Source: Octopus sinensis | Taxonomy: Eukaryota | Direction: 5' to 3' | Length of the DNA stretch: 64,000 nt | Assembly (NCBI RefSeq): GCF_006345805.1 | Contig: NC_043012.1 | Location: forward strand, 14,260,001 to 14,324,000 | Shown: positions 53,743-64,000 of the stretch, piece by piece | Layout of the letters: the number at the start of each line of letters is the position of its first letter | Numbering within the stretch: position 1 is the stretch's first letter | The notes under the pieces: model-generated | The model's input: only the letters and a program-made list of their open reading frames with translations | What the model was told of the DNA's origin: nothing | Databases searched by the model: none | Program-made: the position numbers and the translations under genes

Positions 53743-53784
<42 letters not shown>

Positions 53785-53804
53785 GTACATATAAAATCAC
53801 ATGA

Positions 53805-53805
<1 letters not shown>

Positions 53806-53882
<77 letters not shown>
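53806..53882. repeat. (GATA)n microsatellite
   Basis: Direct tandem repeat. Confidence 0.95.
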
Positions 53883-53885
<3 letters not shown>

Positions 53886-54268
53886 TACGTATTTATGCAT
53901 TTATGTACGTATGTATATATGTACGTATACCTGTATGGATGGATGGATGGACGGACGAATTGATTGATTTAGTATATCATGGCAGTGAATTAGAACAAAT
54001 TTGTTGAAAATTAAATAATACACTACAGTAATATAGTATTATCTCACTTCCTTCCATGACCCGAAATATTGTTTTTCATATTCAAAGAAGTGTGGTTCGT
54101 TGACAGTCGAATAAAATATCTTTGCAGTATTTTCATAGCAATCTAAATGTCTAGCATTAAATAGTAATCGTTAAAATTTTATGATATATCTGATAAAAAA
54201 TATTTCTTCTCACAAAAGATGGTTGTTTATATTGAAGAAATGATGTATATATCTTTCTTTTTTTAAAG

Positions 54269-54367
54269 CATGTTTTCAATATAACACTCCAAATCTTCGT
54301 CAACGTTACAGAGGTCAATGATCCGCCATTCTTCACAAATCTGCCGATGGTTCTGGAAGTTTCCGAG
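54269..54367 (+). CDS. Cadherin-like gene, exon D (EC1-EC2 linker)
   Basis: Acceptor tctttctttttttaaag|, donor GAG|gtaaga. The 99 nt exon (phase 0-0) reads HVFNITLQIFVNVTEVNDPPFFTNLPMVLEVSE, a clear cadherin V.V.(D/E)VND.P.F...V.E linker. Confidence 0.92.
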
Positions 54368-57235
54368 GTAAGATAAATATGTTGTATACAATGTGTTGTA
54401 TAAGATAAATATGTTGCAACCTTTTGATTTGATATTTCAGAAAAACGTTACTCAGGATGGACGCATTTTTTCTATACAGAGAGTATAACTTAGCATGGTG
54501 CAGGTATCATAGCTTATAACAAGGTAATATATCTAAAGCTGGTTTTATGAAATAATAAAATGTCAAACACACAAATGCAGTCTGATATATCTATAAAGTG
54601 GTGGGCTAGATATAGATTAAACAGGCCATTACACTGAGGCTCTTTATTTAATTTTGTATTTTTGTGTTTAAATCGGCAATCCTGTTCCTGATATCTTTAA
54701 CTTCAATAAATGTATGGTCGATGAAATAATACCAGGCTTTTAAATGCAGTTAATTCAATCAGCTAACAAAATTAGGATCCTATTTGGCTTTAACAAGTTT
54801 TAACCAGTAAAAAGCATGCGTTTTGATGGTGCATTAGCTATAAACTATGATACAACTGCTTTAACATGACAAAAAGGAACAGTCTACCTTTTCAACTGAA
54901 AGTAATGTTTTGACCGAGTTCGTTTGTGCTTTCATCTACCCTTTGTATTTTACACCGGAGTCCCCGAATGTCATGTTCGTTTATTTGTTCTTGAATATAC
55001 TTGAGTATGCTTGTGAATTAGTAGATTCTCTGGAAGGTTTTGCTGTCCTTCGATTTTATCATCTTAGTTTGTTATTGTACATGACAAAAACGAAACATAT
55101 GTTGTTTATAATGGCGGATATAAACTGATGGATATCGGACAAAGTAATGCCCATGCTTTCCACATTTTCCAGCAACAGATTAATAGATAGATGGATACAG
55201 CCGTAAATTCCTTCTAATCTGATGCAAAAGTGTATTTAAGCATTTAATAATCAAAGCTATACCCTTCAAATAGATTCTAAAACTATACAAATGTTTTCTT
55301 GTAAATATTTTGGCAGAAATGTTTCTGATGATCTAATTTCTTGAAAGAAAATTGCAAAAAGGCTCTCGTAAAACATTTTTGAAATACTTTTCTAAAAGTG
55401 AGTGCATCTTTGAGCATTCTGGTTGGATAACTGACTCTTTAGAGAAATCTAAATTGAAGTAGCAAGGGGTCCCTGACACTCTCTTAATGACACATCTATT
55501 GAAAAATTTCTTGATAATTTTTAGTAGGGCAACCCGTCTGATGATTAACAAAGTCTCACGCATCCCGTTTCTCGAAGCCTATTGTCTCGGCCTGCTTTAC
55601 GCTATAGGAAATGTCCCCCACTTTTCTAGTTATAGAGTTAAATCCCCTTAATTTTATACCTGTATTTGATTAAAAATAAATTTGCTGATGTGCAATTTTC
55701 TCCGTCTTTCGTGTAAATTTCCTTTTATTTCTTTTCTGACAATTTTTTTTTTCAAAACTTGTTTAATAATACAAGAATTAACTTTAGACTGCTACTCACG
55801 AAATATTAATAAAATTATTTCGCCCTCAATTCAAGTGGAAACTAGCTGATTACCAATATAATAGATGTTAATGTGCAGATAATACGAATGTGTTGACTCT
55901 AATTTTCTTGAATTATTAAGACAGAAATATGCCAAGCGAACACGAATTGAGCTACATTGAAGTTATTAGAAACACATGCAAAAGTAACTGAAAAATCAAT
56001 GAATAGTTTCTCTGATAGGAAAGCTTTGAATAGATAAGATGGCGCCTTCTCAGCCAACGAACCGCAGGTGTCTCCTGAAATTAGCAATTCTTTATATTCA
56101 TCATAAAGCATGAACTTCCTACTTTTCTTTTTCTTTTCTTTTTCCTCAATGTAAAGGCATGACGAAAGAAAGGTCGATTTGACTGTTGATTTGTTATATT
56201 ATTAAATTAGGTTCGACTTTTTGTCTCTTGGAAAATAAAACTAGGAAACAGGGTTGTTAACATAAAATTAACTTTTAATCCACTACCTTATAATATTCTC
56301 CAAAGGTTTACTTAATAAGAGAAAATTAACGTTGCTATATAAATATGTAAAAGAGAATTGATGATATTTTGAAATAAATTTTAAGTTTTAATTAGGAGTT
56401 TGAAAATGTTTTTAATAACAATGATAACTATAGTTGTTACTTGAAATGTTCCATGTTCAGTTGGTGTGCCGTAAGTCGAGGTTTGATTTTCTCAGATTTC
56501 ACAATAACACAAAACTTGAAAGAGAAACGTTGTTTTGGGGTGGGGGATGTGTTAGTTTTTTTTTCTTTTCTTGTTATTAATGTGAAAGGTATTTTCACGA
56601 CCAGAAAAATATATGGGACTGGACATGAAGGCGTGTATTTAAAATATGGAAATAATAGAGTTGTAAACCATCGGATAAATTACTTAGAGATATTTATTCC
56701 GTCTCTTTCAACTTTGAACTCAAATCCTGCCGCGATCAACTTTGCCGATACTCCTTTCGTGGCACAATAGAAAATGAAATTTGTCAATCTTGGGTGGTGG
56801 ATTAGTGGAAATATAATAATGTCAAGCCGAATAACTTGTCTTTGTTTTGGTTAATACATCTCTACGTTCAAATCCTGCGATGGTCTACGTATTATATTGC
56901 GCAAGCATTTTCTACTGCAGTCTTTAGGTCGCAAACATTGTGATAGGAATGATGGGGTTGGAAATTATGTGGGAACTCATCATGTGTATGTTTCTGCATT
57001 TTAGAAGTCGTATATCGTCAAAACATGTAAACATCGGAGGAGATTATCAAGGTTCTTTATTACAAGTTAGTGACGCCCACTTGTCCCTATTGTAGTCTGA
57101 ATTGCAGTGTACCAGTGACTTGACTGTCAGAAAAACTGTATCTTATTGTCATACAGCTTACAAATTGCGATATGCTTTTGTTTTTTTGTTTTTTGTTTCG
57201 AAGTTTTCTTACTTCGTAAATACTCTTTTATATTT

Positions 57236-57408
57236 AAGAGATGAGGAATTATGTATATTATTTGCATTATTTACATTTGACGGATATTTGTCCTCATCTT
57301 GTTTATTATTGTTGTTGTTGTTGTTGTTGTTGTTGTTATTCAGGTCACTGCCCACGGGCTACTAACCCCAAGATTCCGAGTTCGATTCCAGGCTGTGACC
57401 TGAATAAA

Positions 57409-57446
<38 letters not shown>

Positions 57447-57582
57447 TAATAATAATAATAATAACGACAACAACATCGAAAAATACCTTAGGAATGAGAA
57501 CCCAGCTTTGATATTTCCCCAAGACACCTGATGAAGGCTGGAGGGTATATCAGCCGAAATGTTTTGTTAACAACAAACAAGA
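57236..57582 (+). mobile_element. tRNA-fragment + (AAT)n + hammerhead element with an inverted partial copy
   Basis: B-box gttcgattcc at 57380-89. 57523-57568 reads gacac-CTGATGA-a-GGCTG..CAGCC-GAAAT-GTT-ttgtt. 57236-57352 is an inverted copy of the head end and tail. Confidence 0.7.
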
Positions 57583-57584
57583 AG

Positions 57585-58475
57585 CACTGATACGTCATGG
57601 CAGCTATTTATGGACACTGTCACAGACATATGCCTACACAACACCCCAATACGGTCCATAGCCAAGACAAAACGCTGACTAACACGTCCCAGGAAATCAC
57701 TCGTACGAAAGATAAAGAGAACGAATCAGAAAACCAACCGGTTGAAATATTGCCAGCTGCAACACTGCCACCTGGCGGATATAAACTCGCTAGAATCAAG
57801 GAAACACCATCTCCAAAACTGTTTGGAAAATGTTATTGACGATCAAAGAAAAGCAGAAGAGAAATGGGCCACTGATAAAAGAAAAGTCAACTCGAAAGTA
57901 TTCCTCTCATTCGCTAAAAACTATAAGGTTGCAGTCTCATCTATTGGACCTCTCATTGATAAAAACAACACACTGCAAAGTGGTACAGAGAACATGGTCG
58001 AGATTCTGCAGAAGCAATACTGCTCCACTTTTAGTAATCCGGATATGATTAATCTGAACAGCATGGACGAATCAAACCCAGAGCACACCCTGTGTGATAT
58101 ATTATTTGGTTTCCCAGATATCATAGCAGCTATAAGTAAAATTACAAACAACTCAGCTGCAGGTCCTGATAGATTCCCCGCCAAAGTTCTGAAAGAATCC
58201 CGCCGCCACCTCGCATGCCCCCTCGCCATTCTCCTGAGGAAATCACTAGACGCTGGTTACATTCCCAATGGCCTCCTTTCCCAGTCGATCGTTCCAGTCT
58301 TCAAAAAGGGCAGCAAGTCCCATGCAGTGAATTACCGACCTATCTCCTTTATTTCTCATCTCGTCAAATTATTTCAGAGTAGTGCGATCTAGAGTGACTC
58401 ACTTCCTAGAAAGCAACAACCTATTGGTTCCCAACCAGCATGGTTTCCACAATAGCAGAGACTGTCTTACACAAC
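57585..58475 (+). mobile_element. CR1/L2-group LINE fragment (pre-RT and RT start)
   Basis: IGPL..NNSAAGPDRFPAKVLKE..IVPVFKKGSK..NYRPIS..QHGF. Confidence 0.9.
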
Positions 58476-58542
58476 GCTAATTGCAATATAAAGATTTTTT
58501 TCCACAATTCTGACGACTTTTTTCTAAATATATATATTTAAA

Positions 58543-59001
58543 GCGAAGGCGGGAGAGATATGCGGTGATATACATCTGGAAAATCCTGGAGGGTCTTGTC
58601 CCAAACTTTGGCATTCAAAGTTACCCCAACCGCAGAACGGGGCACCACTGCATGGTGCCAAAGATTCCAACATCACCATCAAAATACAGGACCAGATACT
58701 GCAACAGCTTGGGTTTCAGAGGACCACAGCTCTTCAACATCCTCCCTAAATGCCTGAGAGACTTGCATGGTGTGGATGTGGGTTTCTTTAAAACTAAATT
58801 GGATCTCTTCTTGTCGGGGATCCCAGATGAACCTACCTCACGACAGGAGACACAGATGCCGTCAGCGGCATCGAACTCCCTTGGTGACCAAGTGCCACGT
58901 GTCAGAGGTGGATTCACATATTAGTGTAGCTCATTCAGCGGTGGTGCCCCACCATGGCCGCAGCCTTCGGGCTGAAATATTTTTAAGGATTTAAGGATTT
59001 A
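58543..59001 (+). mobile_element. 3' end of the same LINE family as 16478-18664
   Basis: High identity to 18206-18664, including the 3' UTR and (TTAAGGAT)n tail. Confidence 0.95.
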
Positions 59002-59039
59002 TGTATGGGTGTGCGTCTGTATGTGTATGTATGCATGAA

Positions 59040-59280
59040 TGTATGAATGTATGTCTATGTGTGTATGATTTTCTCTGTGTGTGTGTGTGTGTGTCCGCCA
59101 TTGATAACCATTGTTGGTGTGTTTCCATTCCCATAACTTAGCGGTTCGGCAAAAGAAACCGATAGAATAAGTAAATGGCTTAATAAAAGTAGTGCCAGAG
59201 TCAATTCATTCAACTAAAAAGTCAAGGCTGTGGCCCAGCATGGCCGCAGTCTAATGACTGAAAGAAGTAACAGATAACAG
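59040..59280 (+). mobile_element. SINE family A, 3' half
   Basis: aacttagcggttcggcaaaagaaaccgatagaataagta..ccagcatggccgcagtctaatgactgaaa. Confidence 0.8.
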
Positions 59281-59874
59281 GTATTCAGTGACCAGTAAGG
59301 ACTAGATTTAAAATATATTTAAAACCTAATGCAATTAATTACAGATAATAGAATATACTGTCACGAACTTTGAAAGTACTTATTAATATAAGTACTCTAA
59401 AATATTTCTCATATTTAAAGCATTCCAAGAATATTTATAATATTTAACATTCTTTTCAGGAAGCTATTTGCAATAACCATAATACATAAATACTCACATC
59501 ACGAACTTGTTATATGCAAAGAGCTCACATACATACACAGACACGTTCATACACATATATGCACAGAAAATAATTGAAAATGCATTTCATTTAGAAAAAA
59601 GACATATGTTATTAATCTGAATTTCGAATGTATAGGTTGAAAAGTAAGTCAGTATTCATTTTAAATGTATATCCATTTAGGTGTATTCTCTTGTGAAAAA
59701 AAGAAAACCAACATGTCCTGAAAGTAAATTGAAAATATATTTCGATTTAAAAATTGCTCTTGTTATCAAAAAAGAAAATAAATCAACACTAAGTTTTGAT
59801 ATATTTCTATTTTTTGCGATTCATATATATATCTACGAATATTTATCAATCATATGCACTTCTCACACGCGCAC

Positions 59875-59924
<50 letters not shown>

Positions 59925-60639
59925 TCATGTACATATATGTGTAATCACTATCATCTTAGCATCTCTATTTAAACTTCTATTTATTTATAATTTCCTGTGG
60001 GACAAATATCAGAAATATCAGCTATATTTTCAAAAGTTTCAAACTTCCATGTAAAGAGATTTTGTGCCTCTTGCTGACATCTTTTTAACCATGATGGGGT
60101 CACATTTTTTCTTCTCATGCTGAGGTCTAATCCATCATGCAACCAGACTTTCGGCATCCTCCCTTCTGATAAACGACGAATGAGTAACTTCATGAAGAGT
60201 CTCGGTATTTGGACTTGAGACTCGTGGTAATGACTAGGTTAGTGCCCTTACTGTCGAAGATCCGCCGAAGGCTACGTATGTAGATGTTAGGATGCCGCAT
60301 TTAACTGAGTACATGCTCCAGTTCTAACTGCATTAAATTAATGTGTTGAAAATATGTAAACATCAATTGAGTTATTAACCTTTAAAGGTATTTTTTAATA
60401 TGCTGGCCATTGATAGAATTTTTTTGCGAAAAATTTAGTCCTATATTAGATGTAAATTTAATAGTGTTCACTTCCGGACTCTCTCACTCTATGAGAGTTT
60501 TCAGTCCAATCGCACGTGTCTCGAGGTGTGCTGGAGAATTTCTATTTTGGATATATTTGGGGTACTTAAGTGTGCTCATGACTTAGTGTTTGCTTCTTCC
60601 ATGAGTATAAGTAAGTATTTCATTTATTTCTTACCGTAT

Positions 60640-60700
60640 TTATAGCTGATGAGGAGAAAATTCTTATGAATTAACTCTGAAATTGGGACCAATACTATGA
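60640..60700 (+). ncRNA. Type I hammerhead ribozyme motif
   Basis: Stem I ttatag/ctatga, core CTGATGA (60646), stem II ggag/ctct, GAA-ATTGG-ga-CCAAT-A. Predicted AUA cleavage after 60694. Confidence 0.8.
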
Positions 60701-60839
60701 TAAGGGAATTTTTTAGAAATTTCTATCGGCTTCCTTCGAGACGCGTGCTTATAGTGATAAATTATATGGTTATTGACAATTTGTCTATTTTCGGCATATT
60801 TGGCATTAAAATTTTTTATTTTGCCCATGTTTATAAGTT

Positions 60840-60897
<58 letters not shown>

Positions 60898-61212
60898 ATG
60901 TGTGTGTGTGTGTGTATGAATATAAGGATATTATTATTAATAACTTACAATAATATCAGTGGCTAGCATGCGTAAAAGAACGACAAAGACAAAATTATTA
61001 AATAATTAAATTACTGTGATATGGGTATGTCTTTTCCCCTAGGGTACGGTGTCTTAAAATTTTACTGCTCGTTCCCTTGATTTTGCCTTTGTGTACAAGG
61101 GAAAATTGAAGTTTTTAGTCGTTTTGGGTGTTATTTTTAACATGCATGTGCTTTATAAATATATATATATATATAATATATATATATATATTATATATAT
61201 ATATATACACAC

Positions 61213-61262
<50 letters not shown>

Positions 61263-61522
61263 GTCAATAATAAAAGGGTAAAACTAATTAATTATCAATT
61301 AATTTTACCAAGTAGTGTTCATTATGTAAAAAGACCATTTACGGTATATCTAAAACATTACGTTATATTACGATATACCTGTGTGAGTTATTTTTGAGTA
61401 TGCATTGTCTGAGAGATTTTTCTTACAGTAGAAGAAATAGCTAAGAATTTTGGCTGGTATTTCTAAAAAGTTCGGTGTGTGGTAAATTAAATTATTTTAC
61501 TGAACCCTATTTTTATAACGTA

Positions 61523-61562
<40 letters not shown>

Positions 61563-61588
61563 TATATATACACATATATTAATTACAG

Positions 61589-61675
61589 AAAACCAAAAGC
61601 GGCGAACTGATATATCAAGTTGAAGGAGGTGACCTACACGATGTTAGCAGATCTGAAGTTAGCTATCAATTACTG
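61589..61675 (+). CDS. Cadherin-like gene, exon E (EC2 start)
   Basis: Acceptor attacag|, donor CTG|gtgagt. The 87 nt exon (phase 0-0) reads KTKSGELIYQVEGGDLHDVSRSEVSYQLL, matching the cadherin G..I..V.A.D.D...V.Y.L pattern. Confidence 0.85.
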
Positions 61676-62242
61676 GTGAGTGACCATTTCAATTTATAGA
61701 AGATTTCAAATTAACGTTTTGCGATTTATCTGAATGGAAATTCATTTAAAACCTATCCAGCTGCTATTTATTTAAATAGGCATTTGTAAAACATCCTGCT
61801 ATTTTATTTTCTGTATCCTATTGTTTTTAGTATTTTTTCTTTTTATGTTGACGTTTTTGCTATTCGATTTTGTTTGTTTCTTTTCTTTTTTTTTGTTTTG
61901 TTAATTCTTTCACTTGTTGTGTTTGGTTTGAAGTTTTCTACGGTTGTTTGAGTTGTCTTTTTTTCTTATAGATTTAACAAATTTATTTCTTGCTGTTTAC
62001 TTTTTCAATTAATATAATATAAACTTAACAGAAAGTACGTATTCTCTCACAAGCTGATTTCTACATATAGATATTACAAAAATATATACGTAATGATTAT
62101 ATGTGTTTGTGTTTATGTATTTGTGTGCGTATGTGTGCGCTCAAAAATATGTATCCAGTATTTCTAAAATAAATTATGCATACTTAAATGAAACTGGCGT
62201 GTATTTCAGAATGTTATATATTCATGTGCTTATATATGAGTT

Positions 62243-62265
62243 AAGATTTACGTACACACACACAC

Positions 62266-62320
<55 letters not shown>

Positions 62321-63691
62321 CACACTCGTAGACAAAGCTGTCTTGATAGCATGATTGAACCTCGGGGAAATCGCACTGTGACCTGTAGTGTTTATTTATT
62401 GACAGTAAATCACAACATATGTTGAGCAGAATTGGGCCCCTTGATGCGTGAGGCTCCCGAGCAACTGCCAGGTGTACATATTCCATAAGACGGCATTGCT
62501 CATAAACACACGCACACCTGTACACACACGTATAAACATAGATTAGATTAGATACATACATACATACTTAAACGCATATATGAATGTTTACACTCCTTTA
62601 TGTATATGTACATGTGTGTGTGTGAGACCGAGTGCGTGTGTAATTGCTGTGTGCGTGTAAGAATGTGTGTGTATGTGTAAACGTGTGTAACTGTGAGTGT
62701 GTGTGTTTGTGTGTGTTTATGTGTGTAAAACATAACATATTGATTCAGGCATATTGTACAGAAACACATTGCACTCTGGGATACACGCAATTTTGAAAAT
62801 TTTATGAAATATTCCATTAAGATACCAGCGTGTTTTGATTATAGAATTTTCATATACCATTTATTCCATTTATTCTTTAGGGCTTTGAGTGTTGTTTTTT
62901 TTCCCCAGATACAAAATTAAGAGCATCATATGAGTTGAAACTTTTATTGTAGAATTTGATAAACACCCTTCATAAAACAACAACCGTAACAACTCTAAAA
63001 CAAAAATTGATAAAATACAAATCCAGTAGAGCACCACATTGTTAATGTAGTCTGAGAAGTTTCTTAGATATGGTTCCCTGAGAGAATTTATTTGCGTGTT
63101 TGTGTGTGTGTATATATATATGTGTGTGAGTGTGAGTATGCATGTGTATATATAGGCATATATATACATATAATATATGTATAAACATAAACACTTATAT
63201 ATATATACACATATATGTACATGCATATATATATATATGTTGAAAAAAGTTGTATTGGGTATAAAGATACCATAAACAAGTATAAAAATGGAGAAAATAT
63301 GATGTTAAAGTCAAAATTGAATTTAATACATACGCACGTTTCAAAAGACAATACAAATATGTAAGAAAAAAAATAATAATAATCAAATTTATGCAGTCAT
63401 TCTCATCAGTGTATGTATGTATGTACCTTTCTATCTATCTAATCTATGTTTATACGTGTGTGTATACGGGTGTGCGTGTGAGTTTATGAGTAGTGCCGTC
63501 TTATGGAATGTGTACACCTGGCAGTTGCTCGGGAGCCTCACGCATCTATATATGTTGTGATTTACTGTCAATAGATAAACACTACAGGTCATAGTACGAT
63601 TTCCTCGAGGTTCAATCATGCTATCAAGAGAGCTTTGTCTACGAGTGTGTGTATGCGTGCATACACTTGTGTGTGTATGTGTACGTCAATC
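62243..63691. repeat. ~300-bp inverted duplication (62243-62567 vs 63411-63691)
   Basis: Long non-microsatellite reverse-complement match, e.g. ctcgtagacaaagct.tcttgatagcatgattgaacctcg and gaggctcccgagcaactgccaggtgtaca. Confidence 0.9.
63326..63414 (-). ncRNA. Type I hammerhead ribozyme motif
   Basis: Minus strand reads ataca-CTGATGA-gaatgac...gtctttt-GAAAC-gtgc-GTA-tgtat. Confidence 0.75.
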
Positions 63692-63748
63692 TGTTTTTTC
63701 TTATTGAATTTTATTAATAACCTTTTTGATGTTCTTCCTAAAACTCTT

Positions 63749-63846
63749 TACACTAATGAGAATAACTATGCATAACTTTATAATTATAATTATAATTATT
63801 ATTATTTCTCACATATTTGTATTGTATTTTGAAACGTGCGTATGTA
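63749..63846 (+). ncRNA. Inverted hammerhead copy with a mutated core (CUAAUGA)
   Basis: taca-CTAATGA-gaata...tatttt-GAAAC-gtgc-GTA-tgta. 63749-63907 is the reverse complement of 63240-63413. Confidence 0.6.
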
Positions 63847-64000
63847 TTAAACTCTCTATTTTCATACTTTTTTATGGTATCTTTATACCTACAACGAATT
63901 TTTTCAATTGTTACTTTCATATTCTTAATACTTGCTCTGACTGAATTTTATGAATATGATGAATTTTTATTGGAAATTATTTTATTTTTTCTCTCTTTAT

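Noticed and set aside
59445-59490. Candidate exon after cattcttttcag
   Set aside because: In-frame TAA after nine codons with no donor. Exons D and E already join seamlessly.

Overview
AT-rich, repeat-dense eukaryotic DNA. The SINE families and microsatellite load look like a coleoid cephalopod, probably Octopus (inference from recalled repeat sequences, not verified). The whole window appears to lie inside one plus-strand gene missed by the ORF track. Five short GT-AG exons (1999-2070, 39050-39186, 48832-48885, 54269-54367, 61589-61675) splice in frame into the first cadherin (EC) repeat and the start of the second. The introns hold CR1/L2-group LINEs, RLE-type (R4/NeSL-like) LINEs, RTE and L1/Tx1 fragments, a Penelope-like GIY-YIG remnant, mariner/Tc1 and hAT relics, two related GGATC-terminal MITEs with 8-bp TSDs, a Helitron-like element and several tRNA-derived SINE families. 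The most striking unannotated signal is about a dozen type I hammerhead ribozyme motifs, read by eye, in at least six short non-coding element families. Most sit in (TA)n microsatellites, often as inverted pairs, and one follows a tRNA-like B-box. Also notable are a LINE/SINE 3' hairpin with a compensatory base change and a tandem ORF1-only (half-L1-like) element. All calls are by-eye reads, and no database search or folding program was run.
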